Below, one piece after another: positions 13,556-27,936 of a DNA stretch of 64,000 nucleotides. This stretch comes from Eledone cirrhosa (taxonomy: Eukaryota): NCBI GenBank assembly GCA_964016885.1, contig OZ024742.1, positions 313,038,001 to 313,102,000 of the forward strand. Reading direction: 5' to 3'. Each line of letters begins with the position of its first letter. Positions within the stretch are counted from its first letter, which is position 1. A program made the position numbers and the translations under genes. Under the pieces are notes generated by a model, which searched no databases, was not told the origin of the DNA, and saw only the letters and a program-made list of their open reading frames with translations.

Positions 13556-14824
13556 CTTTCTGTTTTCTCTACCCACTACTCTTTCTATTTGTCTATCACT
13601 TTGGGTGGGGGAATGAGGGTGTTAGTGTATGTGTATTGGAAGGGAGATACGTAGCTGAATGGCTATGAATGATGATGTTGCTAGGGAGATTTTCACACTT
13701 TGTTTGTTCAGGGATCTCATTTCTTGCTGCCCACCTACCCTGGTAACCTCTACCACTATCACCAACACACATTCTCCCTTTCAGCTGCTGACATTGCCAC
13801 AACTAATGCAATCTCTTCTACTACTACTACTACCACTACAACTATATCTATTATCACCATAATCATTAACATCCCCATTTTTCAGAATCCTCCTCATTTT
13901 CCTTCTTGTTACCCTCACACCCTGCTAGAAATAGCAGTCAAATACCCTTTAACATGTTTGATACCAAATTACCTGAAACCATTCCTGGTTCTCTTGAGTC
14001 AAACCTGTTTGTTTTAAAGTGTTCATATATATATATTCAAAAGGCTTTTATCATAATTTTACGCAAGAACCATTGTTAAGTTATGTTCCAAACACCAGCT
14101 TAATGAAAAAGTTAGTCATATGATTTAATCCCACCAAATTCTTGATTATTTTTAAAATGATTTGAAAACTTTAAGTAGTGTCTTTCATGAGAAATATGAT
14201 AATGAAAGATCAGACCTCTAAAAACCCAAATGTAGAGTACCATGAAAAAAGTGCCCCAAAACGGGGAGAAATGAGGCAAAATGGGGAGATTTTACATAAT
14301 GAAAGCTATACCCATTTTCACAAGAGAAGAAATCTCTTACCCACCCTAAAGTGGATTGGAGATCTCCCCACCAGATGGGGAGAGTTGAGAGGTCCAAAAG
14401 ATGATAAATCTGATCCAATTTTACAAGCAAAAAGGACACTGGTTAATGCATACCTATTAAAGAAATGTCAGAATAAAAGACATTATAGATCTGATGGGGT
14501 ATAGTTGATCTAGTCTGGAACTAAACATCCTTACTAAAAATAACTACTTTATTATCATCACGATCAAACACTGGAATGGAATGAAAATGAATGGACCTGC
14601 ACCAGTTTCAAGGATGAGTCTAATAAACTGAACAGCCTGTTCATGAAATTATCCAGTAAGTGGCTAAATATTCTACAGACACAAGTAAATTTAATATAAT
14701 TTTTATGCAAATTCAGCAAGGCACACACAGTACATGACAAAACTGGCTTTTTGAAGTACAGGTACAATCCATCTGATGGGCTTCCAAACAGTTTCTGACT
14801 ATAGACTTTCAGTCACAAAGCTTA

Positions 14825-15027
14825 CAAGAGCCGACTGAAAAGTTCACAGGCTGACCAAGATACTCTCCTGGAATTACTAAATGAGGTTTATTTTTTTCAA
14901 CATAGTCTCTAAAAAGAAAAAAATGCAGTTATTAATAAAAAGAGTTGAAATTAATGCATGAAAGATTTCACAGCTTTAGCATCACTCTTTCATAGTCATC
15001 CTATGATCTTTTCAGCTAACGCTCGTA
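14825..15027. mobile_element. Tc1/mariner-derived MITE remnant
   Basis: TA CAAGAGCCGACTGAAAAGTTCACAG ... CTATGATCTTTTCAGCTAACGCTCG TA imperfect TIRs. Confidence 0.55.
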
Positions 15028-15214
15028 GGTTGACCCAAGGCTATGGTAAATATCACTTGCCTAAGATGTCATACAGTGGTATTAAACCCTGAAACCAATG
15101 ATGGTTAAACAAATTTCTTAACCATTCAGCCACACTGTGTACACATCGCTGAAAACTGTAAGAGTTTTAGGAATCCATGTAGTTATGAGCAGACACAGAC
15201 ACTCTCATGACTCT

Positions 15215-15773
15215 CCTTTCTTTAGTGGGCGCTACTGCCCCCAGGGGGCGTTGAGAAGGTCCAGGGGGGCGCTGTGGCCTAAGGGTCGGTGGAAGTCAGT
15301 AGAATTACATAATAGTACATTAAATATCAAATGATACATATTATATATAAATATAGTCATTTAAAAAATATGTATTTTATACATAGTATATATTATATTC
15401 TTTATTATATATAAATTAACGATTCTATTTATTATATATTATTTATAATTTTCATGTAGGTAGGATTGCAAGGGCGGTGGATTGGCAGTATCGGTAGAGG
15501 GTCAGACACCATGCTTTGACGCATAGAGTTACGGCCCTTTCCACTCTGAGTTCAAATCCTGCCGAGATCAACTTTGCCTTTCATCCTTATGGGGTCGATA
15601 AAATAAAGTACCAGTAATATACTGGATAATTGCTGGCCTTGTGCCAAAAGTAGAAACAATTATTTATAATTTGCATGTAGGTAGGTCCCTCTGGAAATAG
15701 GGTTGGGGTATTATGTTGAGAGTATTATGTGGCCATGAGGGAGGCAATGACTCAAAAAGTTTGAGAACCTCTG
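15215..15773. mobile_element. hAT-like non-autonomous element carrying a SINE
   Basis: GC-rich subterminal GCCCCCCAGGGGGCG and terminus AAAAAGTTTGAGAACCTCTG; left TIR not clear. Confidence 0.5.
15465..15658 (+). mobile_element. tRNA-derived SINE family A with 27-bp TSD
   Basis: A and B boxes; flanked by ATTATTTATAATTTKCATGTAGGTAGG at 15438-15464 and 15659-15685. Confidence 0.85.
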
Positions 15774-16130
15774 ATCTATTGAAACATGTAAAATGTGACA
15801 GCAGGAAGAAGAAATGGGTTCACCAATACTAGGCTGATACTATATCAACCCTAAAAGGATGAAAAGCTAAATAGATGTCAGCAAGATTTGAACTGACTAT
15901 GTAGGGTGCTAGACCAAATTTTTAATTCTTTAACCATTTTACCAAATCAAGTGCTTGAGAATTTATCAGAAGCAACAAAGAAGAATGAAGTGGCCATATT
16001 AAACTCAATAGATAACCAAACATTGACTGTGTATCTATATGTATGTGGTGAAGGCATGTGGCTTAGTGGTTAGAGTATTCTGCTCACAATCATAAGGTTG
16101 TGAGTTCAATTATCACTAGTGCATTGTGCC

Positions 16131-16361
16131 TTAACCTTTTAACATTCAAACCGGCCATATCCAACCAGAATTTTTCACCTCTTTCTGTTCAAACTGGCCA
16201 TAACTGGTGGCTGCTCATACTTATGTTAAGGCATTGTTCTCAAAATAAATAACATCAAAATCTCATAGATTCGATATTATGTGAGATAATTATGCGAGAT
16301 AAAGCCTTTACCATGAAAATACAATAGTATATATAGAGTAATGTAAATGCTAAAGGGTTAA
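16131..16361. mobile_element. piggyBac-like MITE nested in a family B SINE
   Basis: TTAA termini; SINE head at 16050-16130 resumes after 16361 with GCAAGAATATTTCATGTTGCTCCAG. Confidence 0.75.
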
Positions 16362-16779
16362 GCAAGAATATTTCATGTTGCTCCAGTCTATTGATTGGTA
16401 TCTGTATTAGAAGGGGCCAGGTTTTCCACACAGTGTCATGCTAAATCTCAAAGAGATCCAACATGACACCAATGAACTACATTAATAGTATTCATATCAA
16501 TTGGATGTTCAGCTGCTTGCTCATAAATTTCATGAGCAGGCTGTTCTGTTGATCAGATCAACTGGAATACTCACCATTGGCTTTGAAGGAGACACACACA
16601 CACACTACTACTACTACCACAACAGTCATCATCACCATCACTGTTTTACATTTATTTTCCATGCATGGGTTAGACGAGTTGCCAGATTTTGCAGAGATGT
16701 CAGATGACTGTGTATCACTCATACATTCCATTCTGACATGGTTTCTATGGCTGGATGCCCTTCCTAAAACCAGCCACTT

Positions 16780-17170
16780 CAGAGTGTGTACCAAGTGTAT
16801 TTTATCATAATATCTTGACAACTACCTGACAGGACGAACCAGGTACTTTTTATTGTGGAACTAGCACTGGCATTACAGTATGGGATGAGTGCATTTTTAT
16901 CGTGCCAACTGCACTAACTCTTTACAGAGTGAACTAAGCACATTTTAATAGTGGAACCAACACAACCAGTATACAGTGTGGGCTGAGTGAATTTTTATCA
17001 TGGCACCAGCACTAACACTTTGAAGTGGTCACTAAGTGCATTTTAATTGTGACATCAGCACTAACACTTTGGAGTGGGTACTGAGTGCATTTTAATTGTG
17101 ACACTAGTACCACCACTTCACAGAGTGGGCTGAGTGCATTTTAATAGTGGCATCAGCACTACCATTTTAA
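16780..17170. repeat. ~45-bp degenerate tandem repeat amplified from the SINE/RTE 3' region
   Basis: CACTTT..AGAGTGG.CTGAGTGCATTTT.AT.GTGGCACCAGCAC repeated about 8 times next to a minus-strand SINE tail. Confidence 0.65.
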
Positions 17171-17629
17171 ACATATGTGTATTTTATAAGTATATATCAA
17201 GGTTAAAAAAAACAGCAGTTTTCCTAAACATTTCAGGCAAGCATGAACAAGATATTTTTAGATAGTACTAGAAATAGCAGGTTATGGCATTCATGCCTTC
17301 CCCATAGTCTAAGTGATGTAAATGTACTGCAATATATATAAATGGTAATGACTTCAGTTGACTCTTCTACCAATGTGGTCACATGTGTTCCAGCCCTTCC
17401 TCCTTACACACACATGCACATACACATAATTAACTTATATATAACCATATGAATCTAGATAAATAATTATATATATATATGTGTGTGTGTGTTGTTTTTG
17501 TGTGAATGAATATTTCTCTCAACCTCTCACACACTATATATATTTATTTATATACATGCATATATATATACAATATATATACATACATACTTATATATAT
17601 AAACCCATGCAAGCGTGGAAGATGGATGT

Positions 17630-17675
<46 letters not shown>

Positions 17676-17775
17676 TATATAACAAGTATATATACAATCC
17701 AATCCATGCCAGCATGGTAAGATAGCCAGCTCGCTGAATGATAATGTTGATGATATATATATATGTATACATGCC

Positions 17776-17813
<38 letters not shown>

Positions 17814-17869
17814 CATAAAATGTTTCTCTCTCTATATATATATACATATATATATATGCATAAAATGTT

Positions 17870-17918
<49 letters not shown>

Positions 17919-18082
17919 TCATCCTCAGGATGATACAGACACATAAATGTGCAGACATATAATCCATACTGCATCCTGATCATGGCACCATTTACAACAT
18001 AAGAATGCCTTGAAAATTCACACTACATTCTCTTTATCTATCTCTCTATCTCACACACACACACACACACACACACCCACAC

Positions 18083-18127
<45 letters not shown>

Positions 18128-18175
18128 CATATGTATATACATATGTGTATATATATATATGTATGTGTATATATG

Positions 18176-18215
<40 letters not shown>

Positions 18216-18500
18216 CAATCACATACACTTCTATCAGCTACAACCATAAATACTTATGAACCTAATAGGTTTGTATGTCCATAATTTATGACAACAATTA
18301 CAATTGAACAAGAAGGATTTCACGCTAAAGTGCCTGGTCCACTGCATTGATGCAACCTTTGATCAACTAAGTGTACCTCATGAATTATGCATCCATCTCT
18401 TTTTATCTTGTTGGGAAATATTGTTTTTATGGGCATTTTCAACCAACGAAGCACATGCATTTTTCATATCTGTGTATATGTGTATATATATATGTATATA

Positions 18501-18554
<54 letters not shown>

Positions 18555-18638
18555 TATACGTATGTATATATCCATATATGTAAATATATATATGTATATA
18601 TATATATATACGTATGTATATATGTATATGTATATATG

Positions 18639-18673
<35 letters not shown>

Positions 18674-18728
18674 GTATATATATATATGTATATATATATA
18701 TGTGTATGTATATATATATATATATATG

Positions 18729-18777
<49 letters not shown>

Positions 18778-18874
18778 GTATATATATATATGTATATATA
18801 TATATATGTGTATGTATATATATATATATGTGTATGTATATATATATATGTGTATGTATATATATATATATGTG

Positions 18875-18915
<41 letters not shown>

Positions 18916-19217
18916 GTATGAATATATATACATATGTATAAATATATATACATATGTATATATATATTTATATATACATACATATATATATATATATACA
19001 TATGTATATATATATTTATATATACATACATATATATATATATATACATATGTATATATATACATAAATATATATACATATGTATATATATATTTATATA
19101 TACATACATATATATATATATATATACATATGTATAAATATATATACATATGTATATATATATATACACATATGTATATATATATATACACATATGTATA
19201 TATATATATGTATATAT

Positions 19218-20635
19218 ATCATCATCATCATCATCATCAACGTTTAACGGCCGTGTTCCACGCTTGCATGGGTTTGGACGGGGGTAGTCCCACTTGAGGC
19301 AAGAGTGATTGTCTTGCTCGCATAGGACTGTCTGGCAGGTTTTCTACAGTTGGATGCCCTTCCTAACACCAACCACATTTACAGTGTGGGTCTGGGAGGT
19401 TTTTACCGTGTTGCCTACACGGCCACATTACAGCGTGGACTGTGTGTTTTTTTGTCGTGACACCTACACGATCTCATTTGTTTCGGCCTCGATGGCGCGG
19501 CACCAACATAACTTTACATAGAACGGGGTGGTGTGGATGGGGTGGGGGTGGTGGTGGTGGGACGGGGTGTATTTTGTTAGAGATGCCTACTGGCTGGAGT
19601 AGGTTTTACTATATATTTAGGTAAGGCGGGTCTTCTCTGTTACCGAGTACCGCCAAAGGTCTCGGTCCAGTGACATTGTCTTGGAGAGGTGTAAGTGTGT
19701 GATGTCGGAGTTTATCAGCTCGTCCCAGGTTTTTCTAGGTCTGCCTATTCCGTGACTACCGTCTATCTTTATTGCCCTGCACTTTGTTATACAGCTGTCG
19801 ACTTTCATGCGCATCACGTGTCCATACCAACGTAGCCTTCTCTCGAGTAAACAACATCTGATCCCTCTTATCTCTAATTTTTTCCTTAGTTCGTTTATGC
19901 TTTGCCGTTCACGTATATTACTGTTACACATCCAGCGGAGCATGCAAGCTTCGTTCCTCTCTAGTCTGCGTATATCCTCTGCACACAATGCCCAGGTCTC
20001 ACTGCCATGCAGCATTGCTGTTCGTATGCAGGCATCGTACAACCTGCCTTTCATTTTTAGTGAGAACCCTTTAGCAGCTAATAGTGGTATAAGCTCTCTG
20101 AACTTTTTCCAACCAGTTCTGACTCTAGCTACAGTACTTTCAGAGCACCCTCCCCCACTGCTGATTTTATCGCCCAGGTAACGGAAGCTGTCCACTATTT
20201 CTATAGAACCCTCTGCGCAATTGAAAGAGCTAGTATTTTGTGGGCACTTGCTGCTACTTAGTGCACCAGAGCACCGGCCACATGTAAAATCTATGTTCTT
20301 AGTTAGCTTACCTGTGATCCCACTACATCTTTTATGCACCCATACTTTGCATTTAGGACATAAAATGGAGTTTCTACCTACGCCTTTCCTACACACCGAG
20401 CACGACCATTTCCCAGAAGGGACCGCCGCCTTGTTTTCTTTCCTACAAACTAGTACTTTGGTCTTAGCCAGGTTAATTTTAAGTCCTTTTGACTCTAGGC
20501 CGTGCTTCCATGTTTGGAATTTCTTCTCTAGCTCGGCCATTGATTCCGCTATGAGTGTCAGGTCGTCTGCGTATAGGAGTTCCCATGGGCAGCCTGTCTT
20601 GAACTCCTCTGTTATAGCCTGAAGGGCAATAATAA
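19218..20635 (-). mobile_element. 5'-truncated young RTE LINE, copy B
   Basis: Open frame [25 protein letters not shown]...EKTRLT* ending 19617; 3' UTR and (TCA)n tail on the plus strand. Confidence 0.95.
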
Positions 20636-20644
20636 TATATGTAT

Positions 20645-20764
<120 letters not shown>

Positions 20765-20775
20765 GTATGTATATA

Positions 20776-20866
<91 letters not shown>

Positions 20867-20883
20867 GTATGTATATATATATG

Positions 20884-20920
<37 letters not shown>

Positions 20921-20931
20921 GTATGTATATA

Positions 20932-21043
<112 letters not shown>

Positions 21044-21136
21044 CATATGTATATATATATATATACATATGTATATATACATATGTATATATATATATAC
21101 ATATATATATATATACATATGTATATATATATATAC

Positions 21137-21167
<31 letters not shown>

Positions 21168-21180
21168 CATATATATATAC

Positions 21181-21443
<263 letters not shown>

Positions 21444-21502
21444 CATATATATACATACATATATACATATATATATACATATATACATACATATATATAT
21501 AC

Positions 21503-21551
<49 letters not shown>

Positions 21552-21552
21552 C

Positions 21553-21615
<63 letters not shown>

Positions 21616-21793
21616 CATATATATATGTACATATATATATATACATATATATATATACATATGTGTATATATATATATACATATGTATATATATTTATAC
21701 ATATGTATATATATATATATATATACACATACGTATATATACATATATATATATATATATGTATTTATATATACACATGTATATATACATATA

Positions 21794-22119
21794 TCATCAT
21801 CATCATCATTTCATTTTATGTCCGCTTTTTGCCTGCTTGCAAGGGTGAGACAGGAACTGATGCTGGCTTGATTTCTACAGCTGGATGCCCTTCCTAACAC
21901 CAACTCATTTACAGGGAGTGCTGGCACCTCCACGACCACTTTGCAGTGGAATGATAGGGACCCCAGTCCCTATCATCTCATTTCTACAGCTGAGTAAACT
22001 GGAGCAATGTGAAATAAAGTGTCTTGCTCAGGAAACAACACATCATCCGGTCTGAGAATTGAACTCACAATCTTTCGATTGCAAGGCCAATGCCCTAACC
22101 ACTAAGCCATGTGCCTCCA
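21794..22119 (-). mobile_element. SINE family B (tRNA head, CORE-like domain, RTE tail)
   Basis: Minus strand TGGCTTAGTGGTTAGGGC...GAGTTCAATTC, CCTGAGCAAGACACTTTATTTCACATTGCTCCAG, RTE-like tail and (TGA)n. Confidence 0.85.
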
Positions 22120-22486
22120 TTATATATATACATATGTATATATACATATATATATATACGTATGTATATATACATATATATATATATGTATGTATATATA
22201 CATATATATATATATGTATGTATATATACATATATATATATGTATGTATATATACATATATGTATGTATATATACATATATATATATGTATGTATATATA
22301 CATATATATGTGTGTGTGTGTGTGTGTGCGTGTGTGCATATATATATGTGCATATATATATGTGCATATATATGTGTGCATACATATATATATGCATATA
22401 TTTATGTGCAAATATGGGCATATATATGCACACATGTATATGTATATATATATATATGTGTAAATATATATATATATGCACACATA

Positions 22487-22529
<43 letters not shown>

Positions 22530-22605
22530 GTGTGTATATATGTGTGCATATATATATATATATGTGTGCATATATATATATGTATATATATATATATATG
22601 TGCGG

Positions 22606-22638
<33 letters not shown>

Positions 22639-22656
22639 CATATATATATGTATATA

Positions 22657-23960
22657 CAGGGTGCGGACGATATTTGTTCGCAAGATTACTGTCTCGGAAA
22701 AAATAACACAGTAGTTTTATTTTTTAAGATATATTTATCAAACTTGGGTCAGTTTGTCTTCCTGACTTGTTCTTTCGATCTCACTCGATAAATCTGCCAT
22801 TGGCTTTGATGACGGCCTCAAGGCGGCATCGGAACCAGCTACAGGCCTTCGTCACTGTCCCCCGATTTAGGCCCCTGAAGGCACTTGTGATCCTGGCCTT
22901 CAGATCGTCTTTCATATTGCAGCTAAATTTGTTGGTGTCTCATTCCACTGTGCCCCACACAAAGAAGTCAAGGGGGTTGCAGTCAGGCGAGCTGGGAGGC
23001 CAGACGTCAGGTGAAGTGTGGTCGACGAAGTTCTCTGACAGCCAGGCTTGGGTATTTCGGCTGGTATGGCAGGGTGCTGAGTTTTGCTGCCACACGTACG
23101 GCCTACCTGCAGCTACCTGGTCGATCCAGGGCTTTACTACCTCGCCCAGAACGCGGATGTAGCCATCAGTGTTCAGCTTGAGGCCCTCAGGGAAGAAGTG
23201 AGGTGGCATGACCTCACCTTGACTGCTGACGACACCTAAGACCAATGTTGTCGCTGGAAACTTTGTCTGCATGACTCTGGGCATGTCTTTGGATGAGACA
23301 GCGAGCCATCTGTTGTTCTGGGAGTTGATCATCTGGTCTTGGCAGAAGTTTTCTCGTCGGAGCAAAACCAGAGCATGTCTGGCTCCAGTGGGTGTTTCAA
23401 TTTGTTGATCAGCTTCTTTGCGTGCTTCAGTCGCTTTTCTTGCATCGCCTTTGACAGAAATTGTCCTTTCCTCATCTTGTATGAAACGTAGTGAATGTCT
23501 TCATGTACCACCAGCCTAATGAGCTTTTCATCCACGCCTTTCTCCCTTGCAATCGCACGCATCGACTTGCTAGGTTCATTGTTGATGATATCCTGAACTT
23601 CAGCGACGAACTCGGGCGTTCTGAAGGCGTCAGATCATCGATCATGTGTTTTCTTCTCTGCTGTTGCTTCGTAGTCGAATCCTGAATCTTCCAATTCCTT
23701 TCTGACCTTTTCCACCATTCTCCTGGTGACGCTGAGAAAGTCTGAAATTTCCTTATTTGTTCTTCCGGCGCGGATTGCAAGAAGAACTCTGTGTCTCTTC
23801 CACAAATTTGGAGGTTCAAAATAATTCATAATCAATTATTCTTAAAATAAATAATGGAAATATAGTCACTGTTTTTATGAAGACAAGAGTGACAACGGAA
23901 GTAAAAAAAAATTTGCATAAAATTAGCAGTTGAAAATTGCGAACAAATATCGTCCACACC

Positions 23961-23963
<3 letters not shown>
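22657..23963 (-). mobile_element. Full-length defective Tc1/mariner-superfamily transposon, DD37D (maT) family
   Basis: 27-bp TIRs CAGGGTGYGGACGATATTTGTTCGCAA (1 mismatch), TA flanks, 1307 bp. Confidence 0.95.
22760..23835 (-). pseudogene. DD37D transposase pseudogene
   Basis: HTH N-terminus, WFCSDEK, YVWQQNSAPCH (second D changed to N), WPPSSPDCNPLD with 37 residues between the second and third catalytic positions; split over several frames. Confidence 0.9.
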
Positions 23964-24032
<69 letters not shown>

Positions 24033-24397
24033 GTGTATATATATATGTGTATATATATATGTGTATATATATGTGTGTGTATATATATGTGTGTATATAT
24101 ATGTGTATATATATATAAATTCAGCGAGAATCGCATTGTAGAAATATATGTATATGTATATATATATATATATGTGTATGTATATGTATATATATGTATA
24201 TATGTGTATATATATGTGTATATATATATATATATGTGTATATATATATGTGTGTATATATATGTGTGTATATATATATGTGTATATATATATGTGTATA
24301 TATATATGTGTATATATATATGTGTGTGTATATATATGTGTATATATATGTGTATATATATATAAATTCAGCGAGAATCGCATTTCGGCAGGTAGAA

Positions 24398-24429
<32 letters not shown>

Positions 24430-24456
24430 GTGTATGTATATATATATATGTATATA

Positions 24457-24506
<50 letters not shown>

Positions 24507-24535
24507 TGTATGTATATATATATATATATATATAT

Positions 24536-24992
24536 CAAAGGGCAAAGGAGCTCTTAAGAGTCAATGGCCATCCAAAATCACCGGGAGAGATGACCCCTTA
24601 GCCTTTGTCAAGGCAGAATTCTAGGAGAAGGAAAACTCTGATATAACACCTGCAACCCTGATGGTATCCAATGATGTTGACTTGTTCTTCTTTTTGGTAA
24701 ATATCATCTTGGTGAAGAGAGTGGGACTGGCTTTGTGCAGTGCCTTTGCTCACTATAAAAGCTTCACGGCACAGGCATTGCTTTGTATCTGGAGATCTCT
24801 CTGCACTTGTCGTCACATGGTACCATGGGCCCAGCACTATGTGTCAATAATTGTCACAAGTGTAGTGTTTGTACCAGAGTTTTCAAGTCGCTGGCTGGAC
24901 TAAAAATTCACACTCGTTCAGCGCATCGGTGGGGGTTCTCCTACATGGATATAAAGTAGTGGCCGTACTCGAAAACGAGTTGGCAGCCACCA
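24536..24992 (+). mobile_element. Decayed RT-like fragment, possibly Penelope
   Basis: TLMVSNDVDLFFFLVNI resembles the Penelope MVSFDVxSLFTNI motif; remainder heavily diverged with stops. Confidence 0.4.
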
Positions 24993-25072
24993 TATATATA
25001 TATATATATATGTATATATATGTATATATATATATGTATGTATATATATATATGTATGTATATATATATATG

Positions 25073-25103
<31 letters not shown>

Positions 25104-25132
25104 GTTTGTATATATATATATATATATATGTT

Positions 25133-25202
<70 letters not shown>

Positions 25203-25503
25203 ATTAGTATATCTACCAACATATGTATACAGATGTATACCTATGCTAGCAAATATATATGTTATGTCTTAGTACCTTTGTGGTTCTATGCAAGGGGATG
25301 CAGAACAATTATATGAAAGACGTAAAATAAGAAAATTTTAAAATTAACTTACTTACTAAAATTTTCACTCCAACTAATTAGTTTCTGTAAGGGAATAAAT
25401 ATAGTTACGCAACGCAACTATAGAGAAATCCTTACGGCAAATTTTAGTAATTTTAAAATTTTCTTATTTTACGTCTTTCATATATATATATATATGTATG
25501 TAT

Positions 25504-25684
25504 AAAAACCTCCCAGCCCCACACTGTAAATGTGGTTGGTGTTAGGAAGGGCATCCAGCTGTAGAAAACCCGCCAGACAGTCCTATGCGAGCAAGACAAC
25601 CACTCTTGCCTCAAGTGGGAAAACCCCCGTCCAAACCCATGCAAGCGTGGAACACGGACGCTAAACCTTGATGATGATGATGAT

Positions 25685-25686
<2 letters not shown>
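25504..25686 (+). mobile_element. Extreme 3' end of the young RTE family, copy D
   Basis: Near identical to 32428-32612 including (TGA)n tail. Confidence 0.9.
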
Positions 25687-25752
<66 letters not shown>

Positions 25753-25823
25753 TGATAAATTGAAACAAAATGAAAACGAAATTTCATTTCTCACTCTTAG
25801 TATGGCACTTACTTAAATGTAAG

Positions 25824-26457
25824 TATGCATGTATACGTACATACATATATGTATACAGACGTACAGTAGCATGCACATATATATATATATATACATATAT
25901 ATATACATATGCATACAGGTACACATACATATATGCACGTATCAGTTTAGCGGCGCTTATTATAACGTCGCTTTGTTCGTTTGTAAACAAACTGAACAGC
26001 CTGAATTTATGCCATACGGTGTTAAGGCAACCACGTCACCTTTTTGTTCAACACTGACACAGGAACGATGTACTAGTTTCAAGCTTGTTAGCTATCATCA
26101 GCACCGTTTACCCATCTGCCAGATAGTTGAACGTTCGAAAGTATATACTTTCCTTATGAAAATTAACGGCTGAGCAGCCTAATTTGCATATTGAGTGAGT
26201 GAAACTAGTACATCGTTCCTGTGTCAGAGTTGAACAAAAAGGTGACGTGGTTGCCTTAACACCGTATGGCATAAATTCAGGCTGTTCAGTTTGTTTACAA
26301 ACGAACAAAGCGACGTTATAATAAGCGCCGCTAAACTGATACGTGCATATATGTATGTGTACCTGTATGCATATGTATATATATATGTATATATATATAT
26401 ATATGTGCATGCTACTGTACGTCTGTATACATATATGTATGTACGTATACATGCATA
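25824..26457. repeat. Inverted duplication with 258-bp arms and 118-bp spacer
   Basis: 25824-26081 is the reverse complement of 26200-26457 with one mismatch seen; mirrored ORFs 25829+ and 26464- confirm it. Confidence 0.95.
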
Positions 26458-26896
26458 TATACATATATGTACGTACACTTACTCCGTTCCAGCACCACCA
26501 ACATGTTTCAACATCGAAGATGGTTGAATTGCATAATGTTGAGTGCTTTTCTCATATTACGTCAAGGTTAACATTGCAGAATGAACAATTCAATCCAGTG
26601 GTAAGCCACCAAATTACTGGGACAATCGTATTCCTGATGATTTCTCCCGAATGAAACAGTTCTAGTCCAGTAGAAGCCATTTCTATATTTAATATATATA
26701 TATATATATATGTATGCATATATATGTTTGTACATATATATATGTATATATATATATATATATGTATATGTATGTATATATATGTATATATATGTATATG
26801 TATGTATATGTATGTATATATATATAAATATACGTATATATATGTATATGTATGTATATATATGTATATATATATAAATATACATATATGTATATA

Positions 26897-27160
26897 TCAT
26901 CATCACTGTTTAATATCCACTTTTCCACACTGGCATGGGTTAGACGATTTGTCCTGTTATGAGCAATGCCAGGTCAGGTGACCATGCCTTGCTTATATAG
27001 AATGGATGTTGGCTTGGTTTCTACAGCTAGATGTCCTTCCTAGTACCAACCTCATTTACAGTGAGTACTGGGTGTTTTTTTTTTTCGTCACACCTACACG
27101 ACCACTTTACAGAGTGGACTGGATGCTTTTTGTCGTGACAGCTACACAACCACTTTATAA
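26897..27160 (-). mobile_element. SINE family B 3' half
   Basis: (TCA)n, GCATGGGTTAGAC, TTTCTACAGCTAGATGTCCTTCCTAG. Confidence 0.65.
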
Positions 27161-27413
27161 CTGACAATAAATTTATATTTCAGACTAAATATGGTGATCA
27201 ATTGAAACAATAACAAAGGTTGATAGAATAGTCACTACTGGACTAATGCAGTAGCTAGTGTAGAATATGCTATAGACCCTGCATTTCAAGGTTCCCAGCT
27301 AACTGCTTTATACTATAGTAATACTAAGCCTCTGATTTTCAAATAATTTTGAAAATAATCAAGCATTTGGAGGGATTTAGTAATATAACTTTCTTATTAT
27401 TAAGCTGATGTTT

Positions 27414-27632
27414 AAAGGGCGGTGGATTTGTAGTATCGGTAGAGAGTCGGACACCATGCTTTGCAGTATAGAGTTACGGCCCTTTACAGTCCGAGTTCAA
27501 ATCCCGCCAAGGTTAACTTTGCCTTTCATCCTTACGGGGTCGATAAAATAAAGCACCAGTAACATACTGGGGTCGATTTAATTGACTTTCCCTTCCCCCC
27601 AAATTACTGGCCATGTGCCTATACTAGAAATA
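27414..27632 (+). mobile_element. tRNA-derived SINE family A with 18-bp TSD
   Basis: A and B boxes; TSD ATTATTAAGCTGATGTTT at 27396-27413 and 27633-27650. Confidence 0.85.
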
Positions 27633-27710
27633 ATTATTAAGCTGATGTTTGGAACTTAAATTTTCTAACATGAAATTATGATAGAAGGGTTTTAGATAAA
27701 TATCTTCCTT

Positions 27711-27936
27711 TTAACCTTTAGTATTTAAACCGACCATATCTGGCCAGAATTCTCTCACTTCTTTCTGTTGAAACTAGCCATAACTGGCCCCTCAAATCGA
27801 CTTTAAGGTATTGTTCTCAAAATAGATAATATGAAAATCTCAGATTCGATAATATGTGAGATAATTATGTGAGATAAAGCCTTTACCACGAAAATACAAT
27901 AGTATATAGAGAGTAATGTGAATGCTGAAGGGTTAA
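27711..27936. mobile_element. piggyBac-like MITE
   Basis: TTAA CCTTTAGTATT ... AATGCTGAAGGG TTAA. Confidence 0.7.

Noticed and set aside
14178-14504. 108-aa ORF
   Set aside because: Overlaps a small inverted-repeat unit (CAGACCTCT...AGAGGTC) with GGGGAGA subterminal repeats; no recognisable protein
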